64,000 bases of DNA from Streptococcus oralis (GTDB taxonomy: Bacteria > Bacillota > Bacilli > Lactobacillales > Streptococcaceae). Each line of letters opens with the position of its first letter. Positions within the stretch are counted from its first letter, which is position 1. The translations under genes were made by a program, and so were the position numbers. The notes under the pieces were generated by a model. The model was not told the DNA's origin. It saw only the letters and a list, made by a program, of their open reading frames with translations, and searched no databases. The DNA lies in NCBI GenBank assembly GCA_905372585.1, contig CAJPPL010000001.1, positions 6,638 to 70,637 on the forward strand, in the 5' to 3' direction. Below are positions 39,706 through 52,041 of the stretch, piece after piece.

Positions 39706-40978
39706 ATGATCGTAAACTTTTCAGATAGCGCTGGGCTGTCTCTAAGTTAAAGGTTTTATCTGCGATGAGGCGCTCAACGAGGGGAGCTACCTCGGACTCA
39801 CTAGCACCTGCTAGGAGAGCTAAGGATTTGGCCTGTAATTTCATGTGGCCTTGCTGGATGCCCGTACTGACCAAGGCTTTGAGGGCCGCAAAGTTTTGGG
39901 CAAGACCGATGGACACGATAATCTGAGCTAATTCCTTAGCTGAAGGATTTCCCAGTAGTTCATGACTGAGGGCTACACGTGGGTTGAGTCCGATTGAGCC
40001 ACCCTTGGTCGCTACCGGCATGGGTAGTGTCATCTCACCGACCAATTCTTCTCTTTCCATGTCCAGCGTCCATTGACTGAGACCTTGATAGCGTCCATCT
40101 CGACTGGCAAAGGCATGGGCCCCAGCTTCGATGGCACGCCAGTCATTACCCGTGGCGATTAAAATGGCATCGATACCGTTAAAAATCCCTTTATTATGAG
40201 TAGCTGCTCGGTAAGGATCAGCCTGCGCAAGCTGGCTAGCCAAGGCTATTTTCTCCGCAATTTCTCGTCCTTGGTCCCTTTGGGGACTCAAGTAGCGAAA
40301 GGCGATACGACAACTTGCAGTCACCAGAGAATCGGTTGCGTAGTTGGACAAAATTCCCATGAGACTCTGTCCTTGACTGAGTTCTTCTAAGACTGCCTTC
40401 AAGGCTTCCAGCATGGTGTTGAGCATATTGGCTCCCATAGCTTCCTGGGTATCGACATGGAGATAGACAACGAGAAAGTCTGTTTCACCTTTGATCTGCT
40501 CTACATGTAAATCACGCGCCCCGCCTCCACGTTTGACGATAGAAGGATAGGCTTGATTGGCAAGTTCCAAGAGTTCGGCTTTCTTGCTGGAAATCTTCTC
40601 TTGCGCTTTTTCAGGTTCAGCAACTTGATAAAGGGCTACCTGACCAATCATCTGGCGCTCATGTACTTGAGCAGTAAAGCCACCTGCTCGCTTGATGATT
40701 TTACTAGCATAGCTAGCCGCAGCAACCACAGACGGTTCTTCTGTCACATAGGGAACTGTGTAGCCCTGACCATTCACCACAAGCTCTGGAATGATGGAAT
40801 AAGGTAGAGAAAAAGTTCCCACTACATTCTCACTCAGCTGGTCTGCAACTGCCAAGCTGACTTGTTCATCCTGCTCGAGACTCGTTTGCTTTTCAGGACT
40901 AAGGAGCGCCTGAGCTTTCAGTAACTCAAGGCGCTCATGGTATGATTTTTTAGAAAATCCATTCCAACTTATCTTCAT
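39704..40978 (-). CDS. mvaA: Class II HMG-CoA reductase
   Basis: 424 aa. Typical class II pattern (ENVVG, DAMGANM-like EAMGANMLN). Coupled to mvaS by a start/stop overlap at 40978. Confidence 0.9.
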   Translation of the reverse strand: MKISWNGFSKKSYHERLELLKAQALLSPEKQTSLEQDEQVSLAVADQLSENVVGTFSLPYSIIPELVVNGQGYTVPYVTEEPSVVAAASYASKIIKRAGGFTAQVHERQMIGQVALYQVAEPEKAQEKISSKKAELLELANQAYPSIVKRGGGARDLHVEQIKGETDFLVVYLHVDTQEAMGANMLNTMLEALKAVLEELSQGQSLMGILSNYATDSLVTASCRIAFRYLSPQRDQGREIAEKIALASQLAQADPYRAATHNKGIFNGIDAILIATGNDWRAIEAGAHAFASRDGRYQGLSQWTLDMEREELVGEMTLPMPVATKGGSIGLNPRVALSHELLGNPSAKELAQIIVSIGLAQNFAALKALVSTGIQQGHMKLQAKSLALLAGASESEVAPLVERLIADKTFNLETAQRYLKSLRS

Positions 40979-42150
40979 TATTTTTCAACCTTGCTATAAC
41001 GGCGTTGGTGGTCGATAATTTCAACCAAGGCATAGTCTTGATGTTCATAGTCTGCAAATTGAGCTGAGCCAGACTCATCCAACTGCAATTCTTCGAAGAA
41101 GACTTTTTCATAGTCTGCAACTGACAATGCTGTACGTTGCTTGAGTTTGCTCAAGCGGTCCTTATCAAGGTAAGCTTCATAGTCTTCGACCAATTCACCA
41201 CTAAAGAACTCTGAAACCGCTCCACTTCCGTAACTGTAGAGGGCAATTTTATCTCCAGCCTTCAAAGTCTCTGCATTTTCCAAAAGAGAAAGGAGGCCGA
41301 GGAAGAGGGAACCTGTATAGATATTCCCAATCATCTGACTGTAGAGAATGGACTTGTCAAAGTTCTCTTGCAAACTATCCTTTTTTTCTTTAGACAAAGT
41401 TTTGTCCATCATCTTGCGCAAGCCTTTTAGGGCCAACTTAGGATAAGGCAAGTGGAAACAGATAGCCGCAAAGTCATCCATAGTCCAATCGTAGCGTTTC
41501 TTGTATTCATCCCAAGTCGTTGTCAGGCAATCAAGATACTGTTGGGTCGAGTACATGCCGTTTACATAAGGAGTGCTTGAATAGTTTGGACGCCAGAAAT
41601 CCATGATGTCACGAGTTTGAGCAACGTTATCATTGTTAAAAGCCATGATACGTGGATTTTGCGTGATTAGCATCGCCACACTTCCAGCTCCCTGGGTTGG
41701 CTCACCCGGAGTTTCCACACCATACTTGGCAATATCACTGGCAATGACTAAAACCTTGGACTCTGGAGAATTTTCCACATGCAATTTAGCATAATGAAGG
41801 GCAGCTGTCGCTCCATAGCAGGCTTCTTTGATTTCAAAGCTACGGGCGAAAGGCTGAATGCCTAATAGGCCATGAACAAAGACTGCCGCTGCCTTACTCT
41901 GGTCAATTCCTGACTCAGTCGCCACGATGACCATATCGATTTCTTCTTTTTCTTTGTCTGTTAAAATAGAGTTGCTTGCACTAGCTGCCAAGGTAACAAT
42001 GTCCTCAGTCAGTGGAGCAATACTAATTTCATTTAACAAGAGTCCCTTGCTAAATTTTTCGGGGTCAACTCCCCTCGCTTCTGCTAAGTCTTGTAATTTC
42101 AAGACATATTGACTGGTCGCAAAACCAATCTTATCAATACCGATTGTCAT
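40978..42150 (-). CDS. mvaS: HMG-CoA synthase
   Basis: Start at MTIGIDKIGF (ATG 42150). Thiolase-fold catalytic Cys context EACYGAT. Confidence 0.9.
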   Translation of the reverse strand: MTIGIDKIGFATSQYVLKLQDLAEARGVDPEKFSKGLLLNEISIAPLTEDIVTLAASASNSILTDKEKEEIDMVIVATESGIDQSKAAAVFVHGLLGIQPFARSFEIKEACYGATAALHYAKLHVENSPESKVLVIASDIAKYGVETPGEPTQGAGSVAMLITQNPRIMAFNNDNVAQTRDIMDFWRPNYSSTPYVNGMYSTQQYLDCLTTTWDEYKKRYDWTMDDFAAICFHLPYPKLALKGLRKMMDKTLSKEKKDSLQENFDKSILYSQMIGNIYTGSLFLGLLSLLENAETLKAGDKIALYSYGSGAVSEFFSGELVEDYEAYLDKDRLSKLKQRTALSVADYEKVFFEELQLDESGSAQFADYEHQDYALVEIIDHQRRYSKVEK

Positions 42151-42223
42151 ATTTACCTCTGTTTTTTCATTCATTGTAAAAAATCGTTTCATTCTATTTT
42201 ATCACAAATAGGAACAAAAGAGA

Positions 42224-42254
42224 GAAAAAAGACTTGATTCAACAAATCAAGTCT
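42224..42254 (-). terminator. Terminator after the ThrE-family gene pair
   Basis: 10-bp stem AGACTTGATT/AATCAAGTCT, followed on the minus strand by T6. Confidence 0.65.
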
Positions 42255-42268
42255 TTGCTTTGATTGTA

Positions 42269-42724
42269 TTAGGAAGAGATTCCTCGTTGTTTTCGGATGT
42301 AGTAATAAAGCTTTAGAATTACCGTTCCACTTGCCATTCCAATAGAAATAACAAGAGCTAACATAACCACCAAAGTCGCGCTAGCAATTGCATGGCTGTA
42401 ATCGCCTGTCACAAAGAAAGCTGTCGTTCGATAGGATAAATAACCTGGCACCAAGGGGGCAAGAATAGCCAAGACAAAGACCACCGCTGGTGTCTTGTAG
42501 ACAATACTTAAAATCTGGCTGATGCAAGAGCCAATTACTGCTGCGATAAAGGTCGCGACAATAACATTGGTTGGTTCTTTGAGGACGAGATAGAGGAGCC
42601 AAACGCCCATTCCCAAAACACCACCAGGTAGGAGCATGGAGCGTTGAACATTCAGTACGATTAGAAAGGTGATAATGGCGAGTAAACTCGCCACTGCTTG
42701 GAGCAAAATACTTGTTAGAGTCAT
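42269..42724 (-). CDS. Threonine/serine exporter family protein (YjjB-like, DUF3815)
   Basis: 151 aa, entirely hydrophobic. Paired with the upstream YjjP-like gene. Confidence 0.65.
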   Translation of the reverse strand: MTLTSILLQAVASLLAIITFLIVLNVQRSMLLPGGVLGMGVWLLYLVLKEPTNVIVATFIAAVIGSCISQILSIVYKTPAVVFVLAILAPLVPGYLSYRTTAFFVTGDYSHAIASATLVVMLALVISIGMASGTVILKLYYYIRKQRGISS

Positions 42725-42725
42725 C

Positions 42726-43484
42726 TTAAGTCATCAAAACCAGGGCGACAGAGGTGCCGGCCCCTAAAGCGAGGGTAATGAGCAAAGATTCAAACATCTT
42801 GCTCATACCAGAGTTGATATGGTTGGTCATGATATCCCGTACCGCATTTGTCAGAGCAATCCCTGGAACAAAGGGCATGACCGCTCCTGCTATAATCAGG
42901 TCTGCCGTCGAAGGAAATCCTGTATAGCGGGCCCAGAACTGGGCGATCAATCCGAAAACAAAGGCACCCGCAAAGGCCGTTACAAAAGGAATGCGGACAA
43001 ACTTCTCTACGTAGAGAGAGAAGGCAAATCCAAATAAGGTCGCAATAGCCGCGCCAAAAGCGTCATAGACATTGCCCCCAAACATAATCGAGAAGAAAGG
43101 GGCACTGAGGGTCGCTGCCACAGTCACTTGGAACTTGGTATAAGGAAGGGCTTGATTGCCGATTTCTTTCAGCTTTTTAAAGGCTGTCGAGAGATCAATC
43201 TGCCCTCCGACAAGCTCCCGTGATACTTGGTTGACATCACAGACTTTTTCAATGTTATAAGAGGACGAGGTCACCCGTTTCATCCGAGAAATATTGGTGT
43301 TTTCGATAGAAAAAAAAATAGCTGCGGGCATGGCAAGAACATTGCAATCCATTATTCCCTGCGAATGGGCAATACGGATCATAGTATCCTCAACCCGATG
43401 AATCTCTGAGCCACTTTTCAGGAGAATGGTTCCTGCTAGCATAATCACATCAATGACGGCATTCAACTCTCTCGATTCGTCCAT
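42726..43484 (-). CDS. Threonine/serine exporter family protein (ThrE/YjjP-like, DUF1212)
   Basis: 252 aa. N-terminal cytosolic helix bundle followed by TM segments. Contains an internal T9 run (plus-strand A9 at 43313-43321). Confidence 0.65.
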   Translation of the reverse strand: MDESRELNAVIDVIMLAGTILLKSGSEIHRVEDTMIRIAHSQGIMDCNVLAMPAAIFFSIENTNISRMKRVTSSSYNIEKVCDVNQVSRELVGGQIDLSTAFKKLKEIGNQALPYTKFQVTVAATLSAPFFSIMFGGNVYDAFGAAIATLFGFAFSLYVEKFVRIPFVTAFAGAFVFGLIAQFWARYTGFPSTADLIIAGAVMPFVPGIALTNAVRDIMTNHINSGMSKMFESLLITLALGAGTSVALVLMT

Positions 43485-43532
43485 TTTCTCCTCCTTTTTT
43501 CTACTCCCTATATTTTATCACAAAATCTTGTG

Positions 43533-43568
43533 AAAAAAAATCTTTGTCATGAAATCATGACAAAGATT
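43533..43568 (-). terminator. Strong rho-independent terminator after stkP
   Basis: 14-bp perfect stem AATCTTTGTCATGA/TCATGACAAAGATT, followed on the minus strand by T8. Confidence 0.8.
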
Positions 43569-43571
43569 CGT

Positions 43572-45473
43572 TTAATCTCGAGAACTTTCGTGAGTTCCTT
43601 CACTATTGGATGAACTGCTAGAAGGAGTGTTCCCTTGTTGATTTCCTTGTTGGTTCCCCTGGTTTGGACTTGTAGGAGAACCCTGGTTCCCACGTTGGGC
43701 AGGATTAGAGGATGAAGTTGACGGTGGTGTTTTTGGTTTGTAGATGGAAAGTTTGATACGCGTACTTGCAAGATCAACCTGTTCTCCTGCTCTTGGCGTT
43801 TGATTTACAACAGTTCCTTCTGCCGTTCCTTCAGGAGCAGTCGATACTTCTACAACCTCAATATTTGCTTCCTTCACACCGACAATCTGAGTCAAGTTAT
43901 TCTTTGTAAACTCGAGACTTGAACCGATGTAGTTCGGCATGCTGACACTAGTCACCTTCTTAGCTACTGTTAAGGTAATCGTAGTGGCTTTTGAGAGATC
44001 ATAAGTCGAACCCGAAGCAGGAGTCTGTCTGAGGACGGTTCCAGGTTCGCTTTCGCTGGATTCTTCCTCTTCCATCTTAATTAGATTTTCAGGAACCTTC
44101 TTCTCCTTGAGTTCGGCTACGACTTCCGTATACTTACGTCCGACGTAATTGCTCAATTGGAAGGATTGCTTACCAGAAGAAACAATCAAATTGACCTTGG
44201 TTCCTTCTTTTCGGCTGCTACCAGCTTCTGGATCCGTTCGAATAACACGTCCCTCTGCTACTGTATCGCTGGCTTCTGACTTTTCTTCACCGGCTTCAAA
44301 CTTGGATTTTTTCAGAGCTTCCTTAGCCTCTGCAACGGTTTGTCCAGCTACGTCAGGAATAGCAATCGTTGCTGGTGTTCTTGCCAAAATCCAGACCAAA
44401 GAGGCTGCAACCAATAGAAGACTAGCTAAAAGAATCATATAGCGAGCCTTAAACTTCCGTTTCTTGGCAGGCTTTGGCGCTGGAGCAGGCTCTGCCACTG
44501 GTTGAGTTGGTTTCTTTGGCTGAGGGCGTTCTTCTTGCGCCGGAGCTTTTGGAATCGATGTCAGTGTACTTTGTGGAACTTTAGGCAAAGTCTTAGTATC
44601 TGCCTTACTCGCATCGTCAAAGACCAGTTTCGGTTCATTGCGACGATTATAAGACAAGCTAGTTGACAAGTCCACATACATTTCCGAAACAGACTGATAA
44701 CGATCTGACAGCTTCTTAGCAGTCGCCTTGATGACAACATTTTCCAAAGCCTGAGGGACAGATGGGTTTTCAGCTATGACGGACGGAAGTGGCTTCTGGA
44801 AATGCTGGAGGGCAATCGTAACTGCGCTATCCCCATCATAGGGGATATGACCTGTCAGCATTTCATAGAAGATGATCCCCATTGCATAGATATCACTCTG
44901 GAAGGTCGCTTTAGAACCACGCGCTTGCTCAGGTGACAAATAATGAACAGAGCCTAACATTGAGTTTGTCTGGGTCAGACTGGTCTCTGCAAAGGCTACG
45001 GCAATCCCAAAGTCCGTGACCTTAGCTGTGCCGTCAGGTGTCAAGAGGATATTTTGAGGTTTCAAATCCCGGTGAACGATTCCTCGAGTATGGGCTAAGC
45101 GCATGGCCAAGAGGATTTGCCCCATAATCCGAACTGCTTCTTCATTTGAAAGAGGATAGTGTTCTTTGATATAACGCTTGAGGTCAAGGCCTGCTACGTA
45201 TTCCATAGCCAGGTACTGTTGACCGTCTTCCTCACCAATATCTGTTATCCGAACGATATGAGGATGGTCCAGATCCGCCATGGCTCTCGCTTCGCGCTGA
45301 AAACGTGCCACAGCAATCGGGTCCGTCTGGTAGTTGGTCCTCAGGACCTTCACTGCCACTTCTTCCCCGTCTAGGATCAAATCCTTGGCCAAGTAAACAT
45401 CTGCCATGCCTCCTCGACCAATCTGCTTGACAATCCGATACCGCCCGGCAAAAATCTTGCCGATTTGGATCAT
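43572..45473 (-). CDS. stkP: Ser/Thr protein kinase with extracellular PASTA domains
   Basis: Hanks kinase motifs [11 protein letters not shown] and SPE, one TM helix, three PASTA-like repeats, and a Q/N/S/G-rich C-terminal tail. Confidence 0.95.
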   Translation of the reverse strand: MIQIGKIFAGRYRIVKQIGRGGMADVYLAKDLILDGEEVAVKVLRTNYQTDPIAVARFQREARAMADLDHPHIVRITDIGEEDGQQYLAMEYVAGLDLKRYIKEHYPLSNEEAVRIMGQILLAMRLAHTRGIVHRDLKPQNILLTPDGTAKVTDFGIAVAFAETSLTQTNSMLGSVHYLSPEQARGSKATFQSDIYAMGIIFYEMLTGHIPYDGDSAVTIALQHFQKPLPSVIAENPSVPQALENVVIKATAKKLSDRYQSVSEMYVDLSTSLSYNRRNEPKLVFDDASKADTKTLPKVPQSTLTSIPKAPAQEERPQPKKPTQPVAEPAPAPKPAKKRKFKARYMILLASLLLVAASLVWILARTPATIAIPDVAGQTVAEAKEALKKSKFEAGEEKSEASDTVAEGRVIRTDPEAGSSRKEGTKVNLIVSSGKQSFQLSNYVGRKYTEVVAELKEKKVPENLIKMEEEESSESEPGTVLRQTPASGSTYDLSKATTITLTVAKKVTSVSMPNYIGSSLEFTKNNLTQIVGVKEANIEVVEVSTAPEGTAEGTVVNQTPRAGEQVDLASTRIKLSIYKPKTPPSTSSSNPAQRGNQGSPTSPNQGNQQGNQQGNTPSSSSSNSEGTHESSRD

Positions 45474-46210
45474 TCTGCTGCCTCCTCGTTCATGTAAACA
45501 AGGGCAACCGTAATGTTGTCTAAACCTCCTGCATTGTTAGCGAAGCGAATGAGGGTTGCCGCCTTGTCTGCTAGGGAAATATCACTGGTTACGATATCAT
45601 AAATCTCGCTTGCCGAAATCATATTGGTCAAACCATCACTATTGAGCAAGAGATAATCTCCTGACTCCAATGTAATCATCCCAAAATCTGGCTGGATTTC
45701 ATCCTTTTGTCCGATAGACTGGGTAATGATATTCTTTTGAGGGTGAGTTTCTGCTTCTTCTGGAGTCAATTGACCAGCCTTGAGCAATTCATTGACCAAA
45801 GAATGGTCACTCGTCAACTGGTGGTATTCTTCTCCACGAATCAAACCGATACGAGAATCTCCAATGTGAGCATAGATGGCTTGGTTGTCAATAAACGCAA
45901 CAGCTTCTAGCGTTGTTCCCATACCTCTGTAGGCTTCGTCCTGACCTAGTTGATGAATTTTTTGATTTTCAATCTCCAGGTAGTGGGCAAACCACTCACG
46001 AACTTCATTGACTGAGTCAATTTGGGTATCCACCCAAGCCACACCAAGGTCTGTTACGGCCATCTCACTAGCGATATTTCCTGCACGGTGCCCTCCCATC
46101 CCGTCAGCCAAGATGATCATAGTGCGTCCTGCTCGGTTGACAAAGTGATTGACATAGTCCTGATTATTTGTCCGTTTCTGACCAACATCTGTTAATAATG
46201 CTATTTCCAT
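45470..46210 (-). CDS. phpP: PP2C-family Ser/Thr phosphatase
   Basis: 246 aa. ADGMGGH motif. Overlaps the stkP start. Confidence 0.95.
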   Translation of the reverse strand: MEIALLTDVGQKRTNNQDYVNHFVNRAGRTMIILADGMGGHRAGNIASEMAVTDLGVAWVDTQIDSVNEVREWFAHYLEIENQKIHQLGQDEAYRGMGTTLEAVAFIDNQAIYAHIGDSRIGLIRGEEYHQLTSDHSLVNELLKAGQLTPEEAETHPQKNIITQSIGQKDEIQPDFGMITLESGDYLLLNSDGLTNMISASEIYDIVTSDISLADKAATLIRFANNAGGLDNITVALVYMNEEAAE

Positions 46211-46225
46211 TGTGTCAGTTCCTTC

Positions 46226-47542
46226 CTATTCTGATATCTTGCGAAATTGGCTGATAAAAAATCCATCACTTCCATACAATTCAGGAGTGATCAGGATGCA
46301 GCCATCTTTCAGGATATCTTTACATTCGTGTTCTAGTTTAACCTGCTCGAACTCGGGATGACTTTCTAAAAACGCCTCAACGACTTGAAAGTTCTCCTCA
46401 GAGACAATAGTACAGGTACTATAAGTTATTATACCACCTTTACGTAGCGTTTGACAAACACTACCTAATATTTCCAGCTGAATTTCCTGTAAGGATGTGA
46501 AATCTGCTGTTTCTTTATTGTATTTGATGTCTGGTTTACGACGTAAAAGTCCAATTCCAGAACAGGGAGCATCTACTAAAATCTTATCAAAAGAGTCCCG
46601 ACCGAAAAACTCATGCACTTTTCTGGCATCCAATTTTTGCGTTTGCACTCGATCTGCCACACCCAGACGCTCCGCATTTTCTTGGATCAAGTCCAACTTA
46701 TGGTCATACAAGTCCAGAGCCGTCACCTTACCAGATGTGAGGTAAGAAGCCATATGAGCTGTTTTCCCACCCGGAGCGGCACAGGCATCTAGGACCTGTT
46801 CATCACCTTGTAGATCAAGAGTCGGAGCAACCAGTTGACTGGACTCATCTTGGATGGTAATGGCCCCTTCTGCGAACAAATCATGTCCTGCAAAGTGGCC
46901 TTGCTCCTTGACCAGACCAGTGGCCGCTAAAGGGGAATCGGTCGCCTCTAACAAAGCTTTGATTTCCTCTTTTCGGCTCAAGTTGGTCACCCGGATGCTA
47001 GCTTTGTTGCGCACCAAGAGACTTTTAAAGATGGCTTGTGCTCTCTCTTCACCGTACTCTTCCTTGAGCTTAGATACTAGCCAAACTGGGAGAGAATAGG
47101 CAATGGAATCACGCTTGTTTTTACGTTTGATACTGTCAATGTCTGGCCAGCCTTCTCGCAAAATACGACGCAGGACAGCGTTGACCAATTTTTCACTGCC
47201 TTTTTTACGGGCTTTAGCTAGCTCTACCGCTTCATTGACTACAGCGTGATTAGGAATCTTATCCAAATACCGAAGTTGGTAGGCACTCAGAAGGAGCAGG
47301 ATATAGAGCCAGTTATCTAGCTTATCCCGGTCTTCGATAAAGTGGGACAGGTACCATTCCAGAGTCAGTTTTCGGGCTACCGTACCGTAGACAATCTCTG
47401 TCACCAAACCCTTATCTGCTGCTGAGAGTTGACTCCCCTTGAGGTGTTTGTTTAAAGCAATATTCGAATATGCTTGGTTGACTAGAACATCCTCTAGCAC
47501 TGCTAGAGCTAGACTTCTAGCCGTTTCTACTTTAGTCACCAA
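46226..47542 (-). CDS. rsmB: 16S rRNA (cytosine967-C5)-methyltransferase
   Basis: NusB-like N-domain plus SAM motif [10 protein letters not shown]. Confidence 0.9.
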   Translation of the reverse strand: MVTKVETARSLALAVLEDVLVNQAYSNIALNKHLKGSQLSAADKGLVTEIVYGTVARKLTLEWYLSHFIEDRDKLDNWLYILLLLSAYQLRYLDKIPNHAVVNEAVELAKARKKGSEKLVNAVLRRILREGWPDIDSIKRKNKRDSIAYSLPVWLVSKLKEEYGEERAQAIFKSLLVRNKASIRVTNLSRKEEIKALLEATDSPLAATGLVKEQGHFAGHDLFAEGAITIQDESSQLVAPTLDLQGDEQVLDACAAPGGKTAHMASYLTSGKVTALDLYDHKLDLIQENAERLGVADRVQTQKLDARKVHEFFGRDSFDKILVDAPCSGIGLLRRKPDIKYNKETADFTSLQEIQLEILGSVCQTLRKGGIITYSTCTIVSEENFQVVEAFLESHPEFEQVKLEHECKDILKDGCILITPELYGSDGFFISQFRKISE

Positions 47543-48467
47543 ATCGTTCTCCTACAGTCAAAGTACGACCAACTCCGTTGAGGAAGGAAGCGATGTCCAT
47601 CTTAGGCTTGCCTGCTGGCTGCACTTGTTTGAGAGATAGAGCTCCTTCAGCCGTTGCGACGATCAATTCCTTTTTACCAATTGAGAGGATCTCACCTGGA
47701 GCTCCCTGACCTTTTACTGGCAGGGCTTCATAAATCTTAAAGCGGTCGCCCTTAAGGAAAGTATGAGCAACAGGCCACGGATTCATCCCACGGATTTGGT
47801 TGAAAAGTTGGCGATTGGTTTTAGTCCAATCCAGTTTCTCTTCTTCTGGCTTGATATTTGGCGAGAAAGTGACTTGACTAGGATCCTGTGGTTCAGGTTG
47901 GATTTCTCCTGTTAGGTAGCCAGGTAGCGTATCCAAAAGCAAATCACGACCAACAATCGCCAATTTTTCAAACAAGGTACCAACATTGTCCTCATCTGTG
48001 ATGGGAATACTGCGACGGGAAATCATATCTCCTGCATCCATTTCTTTAACCATTTCCATAATGGTCACACCAGCTTCCTCATCTCCTTGAATCAAGGCAT
48101 AATGAATGGGAGCGCCACCACGGTGTTTGGGAAGAAGGGAAGCGTGAACGTTAACCGCAAAGTCCATGCTATCAAGAAGTTTACTTGGGAGAAACTGCCC
48201 AAAAGCAGCGGTCACAATCCCATCTGCTCCTAAATTCATAATAGCTTCCAGCTCTGGGCTTCCAGATAATTTTTCTGGTTGGTAGATAGGAAGGCCTGCT
48301 TCTTTAGCAGCCTGCTTGACTGGGGTTTCTTGGACCACTTTTTTACGGCCGACAGCGCGGTCTGGCTGGGTCACAACAGCTAGAATCTCGTAACGATCAT
48401 CTGATAACAAACCCTTCAAAACTGTCGCTGAAAAATCAGGTGTTCCCATAAAGATTAGTTTTGTCAT
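47532..48467 (-). CDS. fmt: Methionyl-tRNA formyltransferase
   Basis: 311 aa. [14 protein letters not shown]-terminus and HASLLP motif. Confidence 0.95.
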   Translation of the reverse strand: MTKLIFMGTPDFSATVLKGLLSDDRYEILAVVTQPDRAVGRKKVVQETPVKQAAKEAGLPIYQPEKLSGSPELEAIMNLGADGIVTAAFGQFLPSKLLDSMDFAVNVHASLLPKHRGGAPIHYALIQGDEEAGVTIMEMVKEMDAGDMISRRSIPITDEDNVGTLFEKLAIVGRDLLLDTLPGYLTGEIQPEPQDPSQVTFSPNIKPEEEKLDWTKTNRQLFNQIRGMNPWPVAHTFLKGDRFKIYEALPVKGQGAPGEILSIGKKELIVATAEGALSLKQVQPAGKPKMDIASFLNGVGRTLTVGERFGD

Positions 48468-48479
48468 TTCTTCTCCTTC

Positions 48480-50876
48480 TTATAAAAACTGTTGCGGTTC
48501 GTGGTCAATGCTGAGACGAAGCTCGCTATTTTCACGTTCTTGAGTCAAGGCCAAGACCTGGTTAAGAGTTGGTCCCAGCTCATCTTCTAAACGGTATTTA
48601 ATCAAAATCTGGTAATGATAAAGGTTGTGGGTACGGGCAATGGGTTTTGGTGTCGGTCCAAGGATTTTACTAGTTTCCGATAAACCTGATCGCAAAATTC
48701 CCATAACTTCATAGGCACGTTTGACAACCTCTTCTTCTTTCTTGTGAGAGAGGGTAATCCCAATAGTGAAATAATAAGGCGGATAGCCGAGTTGGCGTCT
48801 GATACTCATTTCATAGGCATAAAAACCTTCGTAATCCTGATCTTTTGCAAAACGAATGGCATAGTGTTCTGGATTGTAAGACTGGATCAAGACCTGCCCA
48901 GCCTTTTCCGCTCGACCTGCACGACCAGCCACCTGGGTCAAGAGTTGGAAGGTTCTCTCAGAAGAACGGAAATCAGGCAGATTCAAGGCCGTATCCGCAT
49001 TGAGCACTCCGACCAAGGTCACATTTGGGAAATCCAAGCCCTTGGCAATCATCTGAGTTCCCAGCAAGATATCCGCTTCCCCTTGACCAAACTGGTCAAG
49101 AAGAGCTTGGTGACTACCTTTCCTGCGGGTCGTATCCACATCCATCCGCAGAATGCGAGCCTGAGGAAAGAGCTCTGCCAGCTCATCGTAAGCTTTCTGA
49201 GTCCCTGTACCGTAGTAGCGAATGCTGCGACTCTGACAGTTGGGACAGACATGAGGAATTCCCTTAGAAAAGCCACAGTAATGGCAGTTCATGGTCTTGG
49301 TATCCATGTGGAGAGTCAAAGAAATGTCACAGTTGGGGCAGCTATCTACCGTCCCACACTCTCGACACATAACAAAGCTAGAATAACCCCGACGGTTGAG
49401 CATGAGGACTACCTGCTCTTTTTTATCCAGACGGTCTTGGATGGCCTCTAGCAAAGGAGGCGTAAAGTTTGATGTCTCATTTTGTCCGATATAGTCCCGA
49501 AAGTCAATCACTTGAACCTCTGGAATCGTAGCCATAGGATTGGCTCGTTGGGTCAGACGTAAGTGGTGATAGACACCTTTTCCAGCACGGGCACGACTCT
49601 CAAGGCTCGGTGTGGCAGACCCAAGTACGAGAGCTGCTTGATTGTACTGGGCCCGTAGAATGGCGACCTCTCTAGCATGGTAACGTGGATTGCTGTCTTG
49701 TTTGTAGCTAGCTTCATGCTCTTCGTCGATAATTATAACACCTAGATTTTTCAAAGGAGCAAAGATAGCTGATCGAGCGCCAACAACAACTTGGGCATCG
49801 CCACGCTCAACCTTGCGCCATTCGTCGTACTTTTCACCATTGGACAGGCCTGAGTGAAGAATGGCTACTTTCTCACCAAATCGAGCAATAAAACGCTCCG
49901 TCATTTGTGGCGTCAGAGAAATCTCAGGCACCAGCAAAATAGCCGTCTTACCCTTATCCAAGGCTCCTTGGATAATCTGCAAGTAAACCTCCGTTTTCCC
50001 ACTTCCTGTAATCCCTTGAAGGAGGAATGGAGGCTGTTGACTACCAATAGCACTGACAACCGCATCGCGAGCTTGTCTTTGCTCTGGGTTCAGCTCCAAA
50101 GGTGTACTTGCTTCAATGCCTTCAAAATAAGCGGCTGAGCGTTGCACTTCCTTTTGGACTATAGACACAGCACCTTGTTCCACAAAGAAGTTGACTTGCT
50201 CCCGTGAGTAGGAATCTAACAAACTAGCCAGAGGAGCACTTTCAGGATGAGACAGCAGATAGTCTCTCAGCTCTGCCTTTTTCTTAGCACGCGCAGAAAT
50301 CTCAATCTGCTCTAGTCGAGTATCATCAACCTCATACCAAGACTGGGTCTTGACCTTCTTTTGATCGACTGCCTGGTATTCTAAGCGGAGCAGACCTTTT
50401 CTAGTCAAGCGCATCATTTCTGCCTGCTTGGCAAGGTCTAGAGAAGAAAAGGCTAGCGAATCTTCTGAACCAAACAGACGCTCTCGGTCTGCCTGACTCA
50501 GACCTTCCAGAGGATAGAGAATCTTATCATAACTGGAGTTTAAAAATCCAGGCAACATGGCTTTTAGGATGGAGATTTTATAAGAAAAGACAGACTTGCG
50601 TAACTCCTCAGCCAGCCAGAGTTGCTCTTGAGTCAAGACGGGAGAAAAGTCTAGCACCTCTGCAATCTCCTTCAAGTCCTGATCAGCTTCTTCCTCATCT
50701 GACTGGAACTCCAAATCTAGCACAATCCCTTGGATCAAACGATTACCCTTGCCGAAGGGGACATGGACCCGCATACCGACTTCCAGCATGTCTACAAATT
50801 CCTCAGGGACCTTGTAACTGTAAGGCTGGTCCGTCTGCATCAGGGGAACATCCACGATAATTTTTGCGATAGCCAT
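48480..50876 (-). CDS. priA: Primosomal replication restart helicase PriA
   Basis: 798 aa. Walker A GITGSGKTEVY, a DEEH box, and a Cys-rich zinc-binding insertion (CRECG...CPNC...CHYCG...CPNC). Confidence 0.95.
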   Translation of the reverse strand: MAIAKIIVDVPLMQTDQPYSYKVPEEFVDMLEVGMRVHVPFGKGNRLIQGIVLDLEFQSDEEEADQDLKEIAEVLDFSPVLTQEQLWLAEELRKSVFSYKISILKAMLPGFLNSSYDKILYPLEGLSQADRERLFGSEDSLAFSSLDLAKQAEMMRLTRKGLLRLEYQAVDQKKVKTQSWYEVDDTRLEQIEISARAKKKAELRDYLLSHPESAPLASLLDSYSREQVNFFVEQGAVSIVQKEVQRSAAYFEGIEASTPLELNPEQRQARDAVVSAIGSQQPPFLLQGITGSGKTEVYLQIIQGALDKGKTAILLVPEISLTPQMTERFIARFGEKVAILHSGLSNGEKYDEWRKVERGDAQVVVGARSAIFAPLKNLGVIIIDEEHEASYKQDSNPRYHAREVAILRAQYNQAALVLGSATPSLESRARAGKGVYHHLRLTQRANPMATIPEVQVIDFRDYIGQNETSNFTPPLLEAIQDRLDKKEQVVLMLNRRGYSSFVMCRECGTVDSCPNCDISLTLHMDTKTMNCHYCGFSKGIPHVCPNCQSRSIRYYGTGTQKAYDELAELFPQARILRMDVDTTRRKGSHQALLDQFGQGEADILLGTQMIAKGLDFPNVTLVGVLNADTALNLPDFRSSERTFQLLTQVAGRAGRAEKAGQVLIQSYNPEHYAIRFAKDQDYEGFYAYEMSIRRQLGYPPYYFTIGITLSHKKEEEVVKRAYEVMGILRSGLSETSKILGPTPKPIARTHNLYHYQILIKYRLEDELGPTLNQVLALTQERENSELRLSIDHEPQQFL

Positions 50877-50941
50877 CTTCTCACCTCCTCCTTGTCAGTA
50901 AATTCTTGCAATAGAAAAAATAAGATTGAGTCCCCCCAACC

Positions 50942-51256
50942 TTAAATTTTTTCACCATCTTCTTTTTCTTTAGCGATTTGCTCTTTGATTTTCTTTTCTT
51001 CTTCTTCTTTGCGGCGTTTTTCTTCTTCGATACGGAGACGAACCGCTTCACGTTTTCCTTCTGGATCTGGGTGAATGGTTACATTTCCTGACTCGATTTC
51101 TTCCAAAGCGCGAAGAGTTGATTTTTCAGACTTAAACTCTTGAGTTGCTGGCGCGCCTGCTTCTAGTTCGTGGGCACGTTTTGCTTCCAAGATTACGAGT
51201 GAATATTTTGATGGCACCTTGTCTAGCAAGGTATCGATAGAGGGTTTTAACATCAT
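50942..51256 (-). CDS. rpoZ: RNA polymerase omega subunit
   Basis: 104 aa. Conserved [16 protein letters not shown] motif and a charged C-terminal tail. Confidence 0.9.
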   Translation of the reverse strand: MMLKPSIDTLLDKVPSKYSLVILEAKRAHELEAGAPATQEFKSEKSTLRALEEIESGNVTIHPDPEGKREAVRLRIEEEKRRKEEEEKKIKEQIAKEKEDGEKI

Positions 51257-51280
51257 TTGCTTGTACCTGTTTCCTATAGT

Positions 51281-51964
<684 letters not shown>

Positions 51965-52004
51965 TCACGTCAGTTATCCTTCTACAGTCTTTCTATCTAG
52001 TGTA

Positions 52005-52033
52005 ACAAAAAAGCAGTAATATTTCAACTGCTC
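52005..52033 (-). terminator. Weak terminator after rny
   Basis: Short stem GCAGT/ACTGC, followed on the minus strand by T6. Confidence 0.4.
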
Positions 52034-52041
52034 TTTCTTAT

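Noticed and set aside
48744-49451. 235-aa plus-strand ORF inside priA, and similar antisense ORFs in relA, metE, hsdR, scrA and rny
   Set aside because: Each lies opposite a strongly supported gene with clear motifs. No independent evidence supports coding.
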